6,899 nucleotides of DNA from Octopus sinensis (Eukaryota): positions 1-6,899 of the forward strand of contig NW_021829151.1 in assembly GCF_006345805.1 (NCBI RefSeq). Reading direction: 5' to 3'. Of the stretch, positions 6,783 through 6,899 are shown piece after piece. Below the pieces are notes generated by a model. That model saw nothing but the letters and a program-made list of their open reading frames with translations. It did no database searches and was not told where the DNA came from. The translations under genes and the position numbers were made by a program. The stretch's first letter is position 1. Every line of letters starts with the position of its first letter.

Positions 6783-6899
6783 ATGTATGTATGTATGTAT
6801 GTATGTATGTATGTATGTATGTATGTATGTATGTATGAATGTATGTATGTATATGTATATATGTATATGTGCAGATTTATATGTTTTGTTGTATATATG
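6783..6899. repeat. (ATGT)n microsatellite, pure at 6783-6837 and degenerate to the window end
   Basis: Directly visible. Confidence 0.93.

Noticed and set aside
1-6899. CRISPR array or prokaryotic operon
   Set aside because: No repeat-spacer periodicity and no gene-dense structure. The sequence is eukaryotic repeat-rich DNA.

Overview
AT-rich, microsatellite-dense eukaryotic non-coding DNA with no supportable intact gene. The ORFs in the supplied track are simple-repeat, low-complexity or repeat-element artefacts, apart from one weak exon candidate at 1868-2125. The window is a mosaic of retroposon relics: (i) two diverged full copies (1559-1791 +, 3417-3629 +) and an inverted 3' fragment (2094-2137 -) of a Pol III SINE; (ii) a well-preserved tRNA-headed SINE of a different family (5107-5494 -) inside an (ACAT)n array; (iii) a ~530 bp non-coding element with no recognisable tRNA head, bracketed by (TAA)n on both sides (2825-3352 -); (iv) a frameshifted 3' remnant of a restriction-like-endonuclease (RLE) non-LTR retrotransposon of R4/Dong type (about 6095-6590 -), which the ORF track misses. 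From memory, the SINE sequences and microsatellite density resemble Octopus (coleoid cephalopod) genomes; this is recall, not a database result. I cannot claim a new biological system. The best leads are a possible (TAA)n-targeting non-autonomous partner of the R4/Dong-like LINE, a decayed hammerhead-ribozyme-like core at 1896-1919, and inverted SINE tails that could form dsRNA.
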